From Macrostomum lignano (taxonomy: Eukaryota): 64,000 nucleotides of DNA. The notes beneath the pieces are model-generated. The model was not told the origin of the DNA and searched no databases. It saw only the letters and a list, made by a program, of their open reading frames with translations. Where the stretch lies: assembly GCA_002269645.1 (NCBI GenBank), contig NIVC01000021.1:1-64000 (forward strand). The letters are read 5' to 3'. The first letter of the stretch is position 1; the number at the start of each line of letters is the position of its first letter. Position numbers and translations under genes: made by a program. Positions 53,167 through 63,569 of the stretch are shown piece after piece.

Positions 53167-55039
53167 CCAGTCGACTGATAAATACATTTACAGTAGCTTA
53201 AAACGTTTGAGTGATTGCGGAACAAAACATTTTGCTGGGTTTTCACTGATAACGAGAGGTTTTTGTTCCCGAGATTGTCTGAAATATCGCAGTAAAGTTT
53301 GATGCTGTTTTATGAAATAAAACGAATTAGAATAAGAACAATAGTCAAAGCAGGTAATTAATATTTCACTGCAATATTATACGTTTTTATTCGTTAATTC
53401 CTCATTTTCTTATCAATGCCATGCTTGAGTTTGGAATGTTGAAACATTTGAAACACACTGAAACAAGAGTTCATTGGATTTTTTCCAAAGCCAAGAGAAC
53501 TGCCACCAGAGAAAGTCGAAAGTAAGCTGTCTCAAACTCTAAAAGCAAAACCATATTACATCTACCAGAGACGGTGTTTAAAACGCGCTTGTCAATTATT
53601 TCAATAACTGTCCAGTAACGCAGACATTGCTTGCTTTATATGCCTATTGGACGACCAAAAGGCAGTGTCACGTGCACGGCATTGTAGACACCACACTTGG
53701 ATTGGAAATATGGAGGGATCAATGGAGGGATTCATTTCAATGAAAGACATTTATTACATGAAAAGGTTCCTGCAACTCTTCCTTGACACAGCTGCAGGGG
53801 CTCCGGGCATTCAGATACAGCGGGGAGGCGTCGACGCCCATTTCGCTGACCCCTGGCGACCACGGGCAGCTGGTACTGCGGTGTCGCACAGGGAGATCCG
53901 GTGGTGCCGGTGTCCGCAGCGCGGTCCCCCTCCGAAGAGGCCAAGAGGAGGATTGTCCCTCGCCCGTGGTAGCCCTTAGGTAGCGGACGAGCTGGCACAG
54001 ATTCTCGGGCCTGAAAACGTCGGAGAGGTGAGCTTGTCCTGAGTAAAAGCGAGGAATTCACCCACGCAGTTGTCCGCATTCTCAACTCCGGAAAAGCAGA
54101 ATGAGTATTCATCACTGCAGATTTTCCCAGGAGGTGGCGATGCCTAGCAAAACAGCTATCCCTGATGTCCCTGTGGTTGAGTTCAAGCAGTGCCATGTGG
54201 AAGGCGAGAGAAGGACATGGAACAGCCGCAGGGGATTTCTGGAAGTCGGGGGCGTTAATAGTTCTGTCCAAAAATGCCACCTTTGAATCGGAGTGCTCTT
54301 ATAACTCTACTTATAGTAGCATAGATAAAATAATTCCAAGACAAAAAAGTTCCTTAAAAATGGAAAGCGTATCTAACTGGTACGAAGTAGGAGTTATTTG
54401 AAGTTTCTAGGAACATCCAGTATAAAGTATTGTCTCAGTCTGGAGCATGTGCATGATTTTAATGAGTCTAAGGAAAATCTATTTTAGCATTTGGCCATAT
54501 CGCAAGTATTGTATTAAAGCATGCTGCACAGCAAGTTCGTTAGTTTTGCGTATTTCAGAAAATTTCAGCGCTCGCAAAAACTTCTCCGTAGCAAACAAAG
54601 TCAGATTTTGCTGACTGAAAGCAAAGCCGAATTTCCACAGGTCTTAAACTGACTTGCTGCAACAGCGAAACTTGCGACGCCATGAATAGTGGCAAAGTGT
54701 GGCTTTTCAGCTAATGTGTCTTCGGCTTCAAAGCCCAATTTCGCAACTTGTAGCTAAATGGTATGAAGTCGGCGGTATAAGCTGAGCGAGAAAGCGTTTG
54801 AGCGAAACTGGCCAAGTTAGCGATTTATACCTAAGGTACATTTGAGCTGCTAGAAGTGAATGCTCCGACGTGTCAACGACGCGCATGAATTATCGATCGC
54901 GTGCAACCCCAGATGTACATTTAGAAAAGAATAAAGCTCACTAATTTAAAGCAAACTAACAACGTTATTGCTTCGTCCAGCTGATCAACGGTATTCACGG
55001 TATTTTCAAACCACTTGTACAGGCCGTGACTCTTACTGT

Positions 55040-55160
55040 GCCAGCAGGAGCAAATTGGTGTGTGGCCAGTGGATGTCGGAGAATGTGGAGTGGAGCAGCG
55101 AGAGAGCCAAGCTCGACGGAATCTCGTCCAAGATGTGGCTGGAGAACGTGGAGTTCGAGA
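55040..55160 (+). pseudogene. Relic fragment of the PAN/LamG family
   Basis: ASRSKLVCGQ-WMSENVEWSSERAKLDGISSKMWLENVE; flanks are non-homologous. Confidence 0.8.
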
Positions 55161-55624
55161 AGTCGAAGCATGCAGGAACTCAAAGAATTATTCACTCGAG
55201 CTCTTTGCACTAAGTTGTTTTAAAAACAGGTCAAACAGGTGCATGTTTCTAGCAGGCTCGACTCACCTTTAAGCTGAGACTTGTACCTCTTTTTGTAGAG
55301 TCTCATCCTTCTCGAAGTTGTGAATGTCTCGGCCATGTTCGCGTTTGATCCTAACGAGTCCTAACGAGCAATGAACGATTCACCTTTCACCTTGTCCGCG
55401 AGTGTTACGAAGAAACCATAACAATACCTTTAGCATCCAATGAGTTCATGCTCTGGGTTGGTTCGTTAAAGAAACTGTTCGTAAAATCCACCCGTCGCTC
55501 CTACTAAAAATTACGATATGCAAGTCCCAAACAAAAGCGGAGAGCACAATGGCTAGTAACATGACTTTTCTGGCCACTAAAATGCATTAAACTAATAAGA
55601 GCAGGGCGGTCAACCTACGGAATA

Positions 55625-55750
55625 ACGTGGTCCAACTTGGTGTTCGACCAGACGCAGCAATGGATATCAGTGTCATCCAAGACGTGGTGGGAAAATGTTG
55701 AGTAAATAATGCTTCAGTGACTCACGTGGCTGGTGAGGCTCGAACTATTA
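55625..55750 (+). pseudogene. More decayed relic of the same block
   Basis: CAACTTGGTGTTCGACCAGACGCAGCAATGGAT...TCCAAGACGTGG...GACTCACGTGGCTGGTGAGGCTC, with a deletion and stops. Confidence 0.65.
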
Positions 55751-55895
55751 TTGTGTGGAGCGACTGTCAACTTCATCAAACAGGTGTAGATTTCTGGGAG
55801 CATTGGCTCACCATTTTGGCAGAACTCTACCGAAATGCTGTTATTTGACTCTACCATGCTGTTTTTCGCAGACTTTGTAGCATCGTTTTTTGTCA

Positions 55896-56210
55896 AGGCC
55901 TAGTGGTCTTGCGCAGCGCTCTGAAGTGCCAGCGGCCCAGGCTCGATGCTATTTTAAGTCAAATTAATTTGGGACTAAATTGGAATCTTGGCATGGGCCT
56001 GCTCGTGCAATTAATGCCATTGAGACTCAGCATCATCAGCATCATCGTGTATCAGATCTATCCTTTGTAAGTGTGTGCCTGTGCGTACGACTGCGTACGT
56101 ATCCGCGCGCTTGTGTGCCTGCTCAGCAGAGTCGGCGGAATGGGCAGTAATGCCTCTCGGGACAATGTCGCTTAAAGTGCGCCAGGGTGCGCACAGCCTT
56201 CCTGCTTCGA
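55896..56210 (+). mobile_element. Second SINE-like family, copy 2
   Basis: GGCCTAGTGG...GGCTCGATG head. The body CGTATCCGCGCGCTTGTGTG...ACAATGTCGCTTAAAGTG is the reverse complement of ~51160-51265. Confidence 0.55.
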
Positions 56211-56922
56211 ATAAAAATTGCTCTTTTTGCGACAAAAGCCCGCTGTTGCGATCGATCTGCTGACTCTATTTCGATATTCCACTCCATCCTTTTGTGACTT
56301 CCACTCAATGATGCTTTTAGGAGCAGAAATGTAATCAAATTTGCGTATTAACGACATTAAAAGTCTTCTTTGCAACTTTAGGGAATACAAGGGTAAGTTA
56401 TGGGGTTCGTTCTGGTTTGAGGACGTTTTTTAGGCAGAAAAAAAACCAGCCCCTAAAGTTCCAGTGTGAGCACAGCTCTCCAAGTTTTAATCATTCGAAT
56501 TCGAATATTTTTGATGAAGAGTAGCTGGGCTGACGATAGTCATTGCAGTGGTAGTTTGGTGTAGTTCGAACTACCCAGCTGGCTCACTGAGCTGAGGTTG
56601 CTCGATGTTGTCTTGAATGTAATAAAACAAACTCAAGCAAGTCCAAACTCACTCAAATGTTAAATTAGCAAAGAGAAATTATATTTATGCAAAACAACAA
56701 AGGGCTATTAGCTGCAGGATTTTACATGTGAATTCGGAATCGGAATTGGTATTGCATAGATACAGCGTCGGGACACACGCAAGCAGAGAAAACTCGGGCA
56801 ATCCACAATCCACGCAAATTACAAAGTTGAGTAATAATTTTTTACATGCACAACTTAGAAACATGAGAACAGCAGTGTTAAAGGGTTATTTTACTCAAGT
56901 TCACCGATTCTGCTGCTTGGCC

Positions 56923-57193
56923 AGTAGTATATAAAAAGACGCTTCTAGACCCAGAGCACTTTTTTAATGACCGTTTTAAGGGTCTAGAGGGGGGACACGG
57001 GGGGTAAATAAAAAAACACATCTAAACACCATTAATACATCTAATCACCCATAATCACCCCTAACAATAAAAATCACTTCCAAACACTTCCAAACACTCC
57101 CCAACACCCCCCTCGCGTCCCCCCTCTTAAGACCTTACAAACGGCCATTAAAATAAGGTCTGATCTAGAAGCGTCTTTTTATATACTACTACT
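56923..57193. repeat. Self-inverted terminal unit: 27-bp perfect plus ~60-bp imperfect inverted arms, both beginning AGTAGT
   Basis: AGTAGTATATAAAAAGACGCTTCTAGA (56923-56949) versus TCTAGAAGCGTCTTTTTATATACTACT (57164-57190), plus an extra ACT. Confidence 0.95.
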
Positions 57194-57275
57194 CTATAAC
57201 CCCTAGCCCGCGCCGCAGGCGCGAAGGGTCGGAAAGAATAGAAGCTATTTATAGTCAGCTCACCTACCCACCCAA

Positions 57276-57373
57276 CATTCCATTTAGACCAGATTTTAGA
57301 CCAAATTTTTGAAAACGAAAACCAAAACGATAGTCTAGTTTTGTTTGGTCTAAAATCTGGTCTAAATGGAATG
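57276..57373. repeat. Perfect 30-bp inverted repeat upstream of the first viral ORF
   Basis: CATTCCATTTAGACCAGATTTTAGACCAAA (57276-57305) / TTTGGTCTAAAATCTGGTCTAAATGGAATG (57344-57373). Confidence 0.95.
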
Positions 57374-57411
57374 CAGACAATCTTTTTCTGTTACTAAAAA
57401 TAGAACAAAAA

Positions 57412-57810
57412 ATGACACACGTTACACATGTGCAAAATATAAATGAGTATCAGGTAGGAGATCCAATTGAATACCGAGGTGAGGGACTTTTTGATTTGGT
57501 TGGAACAGCAGCAAATTTTGTTAAAGACAATATGGGGCTTATAGGGCAAGCTGGCTCTGCAGCAGGCTCTATAACAAATGCTGTAAAAGGAGGAATTGAA
57601 GCAGCTAGAGCGGCAGAAGAACTAAAGAAATTGAGAGATTTTAACGACACCCTCTCACAAATAAATGCAATAAAAGATTTAAAGCTGGCACAAGCCGCAC
57701 AACCAACAGAAACCCCCACGAAAAGCGCACCAATAAGTAATAAAGATATTCAGGATTTTAATAAAATGTTAAATACTATTAAAGGTGGAAAAGGATTAAA
57801 GAAATTTTAA
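57412..57810 (+). CDS. Polinton putative virion core/membrane-active protein (132 aa)
   Basis: RGEG-LFDLVGTAANFVKDNMGLIGQAGS is an amphipathic segment after a GxG motif; C-terminal GGKG-LKKF. Confidence 0.6.
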   Translation: MTHVTHVQNINEYQVGDPIEYRGEGLFDLVGTAANFVKDNMGLIGQAGSAAGSITNAVKGGIEAARAAEELKKLRDFNDTLSQINAIKDLKLAQAAQPTETPTKSAPISNKDIQDFNKMLNTIKGGKGLKKF

Positions 57811-57820
57811 CAATATAAAA

Positions 57821-58813
57821 ATGGACTCAGTTAATGATGAAAACCGGTTATATTTTATAGGAGAAATTGTAGATACCTTAAATCTTGATGATAATAAACA
57901 TAGCCACACAATGTTAAAAAGATTGGATCGATTAGGTAAAAAGTTTGACTACGACATCGATACATTTAAACTCGCAGCAAAATATGCACAAGAAGGAAGG
58001 CCAATATCCTTTAAGAATCGCGGCAGAAATTATAGGTTGACAGACTCCGATGTGAAATTTTTAATGGAGACTCACACTAAAAAGGACGGCGGATTACTAC
58101 CCATTCTACCGCTTCTTTTAGGACTTGGTGCAGCTGGAGCAGTCGGTTTAGCCGGAAAAAGAATTCATGATAATGTAAAACAGCTAGGAGAGTTAAGAGC
58201 GAAACAGGGGGGAATCTTACCCCTTGCAGCTTTGCTCCCAATAATTTTTGCAGGAATTGGAGCAGCTGGAGGAGTTGCTGGCGGAGCAGCTGGAATTGCA
58301 AAAGCAGTAAATGACAAAAAAGCTGCGGACGAAAAAGCCAAACGAGATGCAGAATTTCAAAGACAGCAAATAACGCAGGACGCACAATTCAAACAGAAAC
58401 TTATTGATACCATTAATAGTAGTTCAGCAACAGCAGAGCAAAAAAGAAATGCAGAAGCTAGGTTAGCAGCCGGAAAAGGTTTACTCTTGCAAGGAACAAA
58501 TCACGGGAATGGTTTGGTACTAAAAGGAACAACCCAAGGAAGTGGAGTTGTAGCAGATAAACTACATGAATTTGGTCAAACTTTAGAAAAAACGGGTGAG
58601 AAAGCTAAAGGATTTTTTGACAATATTGGATCCAATTTTAGGCCAGCAGTTCAGAAGATTTTTACTAAGTTAGGAAAAGATTTTAATATCATTGAAAAAC
58701 ACGACGGAAGCGGATTATATCTCGAAATGAGACCAAAAGCAGGTTCAGGAATTTTCTTAAATTCAAACGTTATGGGCAATGGATTGCTATTACCAAAAGC
58801 AGATCTCGAATAG
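57821..58813 (+). CDS. Polinton core-protein precursor with adenovirus pX-like segments (330 aa)
   Basis: GG-LLPILPLLLGLGAAG and GG-ILPLAALLPIIFAGIGAAGGVAGGAAGIAKAVN resemble adenoviral pX GG-FLPALIPIIAAAIGA; six further GxG-hydrophobic motifs. Confidence 0.7.
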   Translation: MDSVNDENRLYFIGEIVDTLNLDDNKHSHTMLKRLDRLGKKFDYDIDTFKLAAKYAQEGRPISFKNRGRNYRLTDSDVKFLMETHTKKDGGLLPILPLLLGLGAAGAVGLAGKRIHDNVKQLGELRAKQGGILPLAALLPIIFAGIGAAGGVAGGAAGIAKAVNDKKAADEKAKRDAEFQRQQITQDAQFKQKLIDTINSSSATAEQKRNAEARLAAGKGLLLQGTNHGNGLVLKGTTQGSGVVADKLHEFGQTLEKTGEKAKGFFDNIGSNFRPAVQKIFTKLGKDFNIIEKHDGSGLYLEMRPKAGSGIFLNSNVMGNGLLLPKADLE

Positions 58814-58896
58814 GCTCCTGGGGGAGGGTCTGGACACCAAAAACACAAAATTAAAAAATCAATAATTCAAACATTATATAAATTTTATTCTATAAA

Positions 58897-61800
58897 ATGG
58901 AAGCAATTTTAGCTCAAATCGACAACCCTGAACTTAGAGCACAATTAATAGCTCAAATCGATGCACAACGAATTGCCGATAGGGCTGAAATAGAAGCAAG
59001 AATTAGGGCAGAAAATGAGATACGTTTAGAAAGACAATTAAATGATATTAATAACCCCCAACCACAAGTACAAAATGGAGCTGAAGTAATATATATAGAT
59101 ATAGATATAAATACAAATTATAAAGAATATTTTAAACAAATGAAAGATAAATTAAAGACTATATTAAACAATTATACTATAAGGCCAAATAACAAACGAC
59201 AGCCAATTAAGTATAAAATAGAAGTTGAAACAGAATTTAAAAAACCAAATATTCTTAATGCAAATTCAGAAATTGAAGTAATAAATAACTTTTCACAAGA
59301 ATCATATAAAACATTATTATCAATGGGAAATTACAACAATCAATTCGATCAAATAGAAGCTGAGTTTGATGAATGGATAGATAAGATGACAGAAAACGGA
59401 TCTGGGTTTATATTTGTATCCTGTAATTCAGCAATAGTAAAGATTGCACCTATAGAAATTCTTAAAGGACGATCACATATGAAGCTCAAATTTAAATCAC
59501 CTATGATTATAAATCCAGACAATAAAGATAATAAATGTTTATTATGGTGTTTATTAATTCATAAATATCACAATCAAGTAGAATCACACATTAATAAAAT
59601 ATATAATTATAGACAATATGAGGATGAAATAATAATGAAAAACATATCATACCCAGTAGCAATAGATGATATATATAAGATTGAAAAAATGAATGGTTTA
59701 AATATTAATGTTTTTACAATTGAAGAACCAAAAGATCTAGAAGAAATTCAGCAGGTCGATCCAGAATGGTATAAGAAAAACTGTTATCTTGTTAAGCCAG
59801 CAACTGATATAACAGCACCAGATCAAATCGATCTTTTGTACATGCAGCGCGAAAATGAAACACATTATATATACATAAAAGATATTAGTTCTTTTTTAAG
59901 AGAAAATAGAAATAGATATCCACTATGTAGAAATTGTTTTACATTTAAAAAGGATGAAACAGCTCTTAAAAACCACCAACGATTTTGTTTAGATCACAAA
60001 TTTACTAATGCTATAATGCCAGCATCTGAAGATGCAACCCTAAAGTTCCAACAACATTATATGGCAGTTAAAAAACCAATAGTAATATATGCTGATTTTG
60101 AAGCAACAAATGTTCCCTTAAAAGAATCACAGACGGTATCTGATGACGGTGAATGCACAAAAAAATTGGCACAACAGTTTCCGAATAGTTATTGTATATA
60201 TGTACACTCTGTAGCTGATCATATATTTAAATCAAGGATGATTACTTACCACGGTAATTATGCAGCTAAGCACATGGCAGAATCATTAGTAAATGTATTT
60301 GAATATATTCAAAATCAATATGATAAATTATCAAAAAATATTAATATGACAAATAAGGATAGAGACAATTATAAAAATGCAACAAATTGTTTTATGTGCA
60401 AAAGACATTTAAGTAAGAATAATAAGATACGAGAACATTGTCATCTAACAGGAAATTATCGAGGGGCAGCATGTAGATCATGTAATGCAAAAGAAGGAAA
60501 AGGATGTAAGGAAATACCAGTATTTTTTCATAATGGTTCCGGATATGATTTTCATTTCTTAGTTCGAGAATTGCTTCATTTAGGAAAGGATGAATATGAA
60601 ATAAATATATTACCTAAAACATCAGAAAATTACATATCAATAACATATGGTAAGAAATACTCCCATCTAGTTTTTCTAGATTCCTTGAGATTCTTATCAA
60701 CATCTTTAGCAAATGTTGTTTCATCATTAGTTCCAAAACCATGGGATTTAGAAATAGTAAAGAAAAACTTTCCAATCTTATTGAATCGTTTCAAAAAAGA
60801 AAAACTATCCGAGGAAGAACTAATGCTATTAACTCGTAAGGGCATCTACCCATATGAATATGTAACATCTGAAGACGTATTTTTTCATACCGAATTACCC
60901 CAATTGAAAAGTTTTATTCAACATTATCACAAACAAACATAAGTGAATCGGATTATGAACACGCTCAAAAAGTATGGAAATACTTTAATTGTAAAACATT
61001 TAAAGATTATCATAATCTATATCTTAAAGCAGATGTTCTCCTATTAGCTGATGCATTTGAAAACTTTAGGAATCATACATATGAGAATTTTAAAATTGAT
61101 CCCGCATATTGTTTCAGTGCACCGGGATTAACATGGGCTTGTGGTTTGAAACATACAGATGTTAAGATTGATTTACTAACTGATCATGATATGTTGTTAA
61201 TGATTGAGAGAGGAATTCGCGGTGGATTCTCGGGTGTACTAGGAGATAGATATACTAAAGTAAATAATAAATATCTACCAAATTATAATAAAAAAGAAAA
61301 ATCATCATATGTATTATATCTAGATGCAAACAATTTATACGGTGGTTGTATGAAACAAAAATTACCAATAGCTGATTTCCAATGGGAAGATGACCCCGAT
61401 TATTACAAAAATATTCCCGAAGGAAGGGGCTGTATCGTAGAAGTGGATTTGCAATATACTCGGGAAGCAAAAGCAAAAACATATAAATATCCTTTAGCTC
61501 CAGAGCATTGTTCAGTTAATGAAGATGATTTATCACAAACACAAAAAGATTATCTTAAAGTAGATAATACAAAACATCTAGCAACAAAAAAATTAATATT
61601 AAATTTACATGATAAGAAAAACTATGTAGTGCATTATAAGCTTCTACAATTTTATGAAAAGCAGGGATTAAAAGTGTCTAAAGTACATCGAACAATATCG
61701 TTTATTGAGGAAGATTGGTTAGCTAAATATATTGACTTTAATTCAAATCAGAGACAGATGTCAAAAACAAATTTTGAGAAAGATTATTGGAAATTAATGA

Positions 61801-62863
61801 ATAATGCTTTTTATGGAAAAACGGTTGAAAATATTAGAGATAGAACCCAATTCCATTTAGAAAAGGATATTGATAAAGCAAAGAAATATTTCTCAAAACC
61901 TAACTTTAAAGACTTTATAAAATTTGATGATAACTTTATGGGTATTCATATGAGAAATAAAACAACAAAATTTCTTAAACCAATATTTATTGGAATGGTT
62001 GTTTTAGATTTGCAAAGCTAGTAATGTATGAATACTATTATGATGTTATAAATAAAACATGGCCAGATAACTATCCAATATATGCAGACACCGACAGTTT
62101 GGTATTTAAGGTTGAAACAGATGACCGGACGGAGTCCGCGAACCAAAGGTTCGATGTCTATAAAGATATGGAAAAAATTAAGGATACATTGGATACCTCC
62201 GACTATCCGGATAACCATCCTTTAAAATCAGATCAAAATAAAAAAGTTGTACTTAAAATGAAAGATGAATTAAATAGCAAAATCATAACCGAGTTTATAG
62301 CAATAAGATCAAAATGCTATGCATTTAAGGTTTTAGGACAGGAGGGAGAGGTAAAAAAAATAAAAGGGGTATCAAGAGCAGCAGTAAAAAAGATAACATT
62401 TGATGATTATAAAAACGTACTTTTAGATTACCTTAATACAATTGAAAATTATCATGCTCCACAATATCGATTAAATTCAGATAAGCATCAGATGTTTGTC
62501 ATCGAGACAGATAAAAAAACATTAAGTCCATTTGATGATAAAAGATATTTAGATGATAAAATTAAAACATATCCATATGGTTTAAAAGAAGAGATAAAAA
62601 ATATGATAAAAGATAAAAAACAAAAAGAAGATATAATAAGTAAATATAATGAATACAAAGCGGCAATAAATAATTATTATTACGATTGTGATTGTGAATC
62701 CGAATGTGATTGTGAATATAATACATTTCTAGAATATGAAAAAGATATAGATAATTATTATTCAACATTTCCAAAAGAACTTAAAAAATTAAATAAGGAA
62801 AAAGTCTTGAATAACTGGAAGAGATTAACAGAAAAATTACTTATCGGGTCTGTAAAAAACTAA
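58897..62863 (+). CDS. polB: Protein-primed family B DNA polymerase with endonuclease-VII-like insert; split by two apparent 1-nt deletions (60898-60901, ~62013)
   Basis: Exo I IYADFE; CFMC...IREHCHLTGNYRGAACRSCN; Exo II FHNGSGYDFHF; KGIYPYEY; motifs A YLDANNLYG, B KLMNNAFYGK, C YADTDSL. The bridging frame 60902-61145 reads PIEKFYSTLS...HAQKVW...YLKADVLLLADAFENFR. Confidence 0.95.
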
Positions 62864-62907
62864 AGCATGTAATTGTTTGAGCAAATCATTAACTTCAATT
62901 TCATATA

Positions 62908-63195
62908 TTATTGAGCACCAATTATCCTCACAGTCGCAGGGTAACTTAAACAATCCTTTATTTTTTTCCTAAGTTTTTTTATTTTTCTAACCAATCTATC
63001 TATTTCAATTTCAATTACTATTTCAGCATAAACAATATCTTGTCTTAAAAAACGTTTTCTTTTATCTATCTCATATCGGATGGGAAACATATCGTCCCCA
63101 TACTCATGATATTTCTGAGATATAATTATATTTATTTTTTTATTAATATCATTAAGTTCACGCTCTTTAGTGATAAGGATTTTTATCGTATCCAT
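62908..63195 (-). CDS. Polinton hypothetical basic protein (95 aa)
   Basis: AAAATG start; abuts the next ORF; convergent with polB. Confidence 0.55.
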   Translation of the reverse strand: MDTIKILITKERELNDINKKINIIISQKYHEYGDDMFPIRYEIDKRKRFLRQDIVYAEIVIEIEIDRLVRKIKKLRKKIKDCLSYPATVRIIGAQ

Positions 63196-63210
63196 TTTCT
63201 TATAAAAAAT

Positions 63211-63543
63211 TTAGTCTTCGTCGTCATCCTCCCAAACAGCCGCCAATTTTACAGTCCTATCACTCTTTTTATTATTTGTTTGTTTTAGTTTAAATTGCAA
63301 TCCACCCTCGTTGCAGTATTTCATAACAAACGCTTTAGGTTTATTAATAACTAAAACAGGAAAATTTTTAACATCATCTCCGCTTAGACATAAAATTTTT
63401 TGCCCATCTAATTGTAAAAATATTGATTGAAGCCCAATAAATTTAACCTGTCTCAAACATATAATATTATATTCTTTATTCTCCAACATATTGGGTGTGA
63501 GATAATTAATCACATTAGAATCGGTTTTGAACCAGCTCTCCAT
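63211..63543 (-). CDS. Polinton hypothetical protein (110 aa, acidic tail)
   Basis: AAAAATG start; 15-nt spacing to the next ORF. Confidence 0.6.
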   Translation of the reverse strand: MESWFKTDSNVINYLTPNMLENKEYNIICLRQVKFIGLQSIFLQLDGQKILCLSGDDVKNFPVLVINKPKAFVMKYCNEGGLQFKLKQTNNKKSDRTVKLAAVWEDDDED

Positions 63544-63569
63544 TTTTAATCTAAAAAAATAACAAAAAA

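Noticed and set aside
53780-54715. Possible plus-strand exons (VADELAQILGPENVGE|GTGAGC; EVAMPSK...; TCCNSETC, Ly6-like)
   Set aside because: Splice signals are partly plausible, but no consistent model or recognisable domain could be assembled.
60880-62030. Programmed ribosomal frameshifting in polB
   Set aside because: No convincing slippery heptamer or downstream structure; both shifts fall inside conserved motifs and match the window-wide single-deletion pattern.
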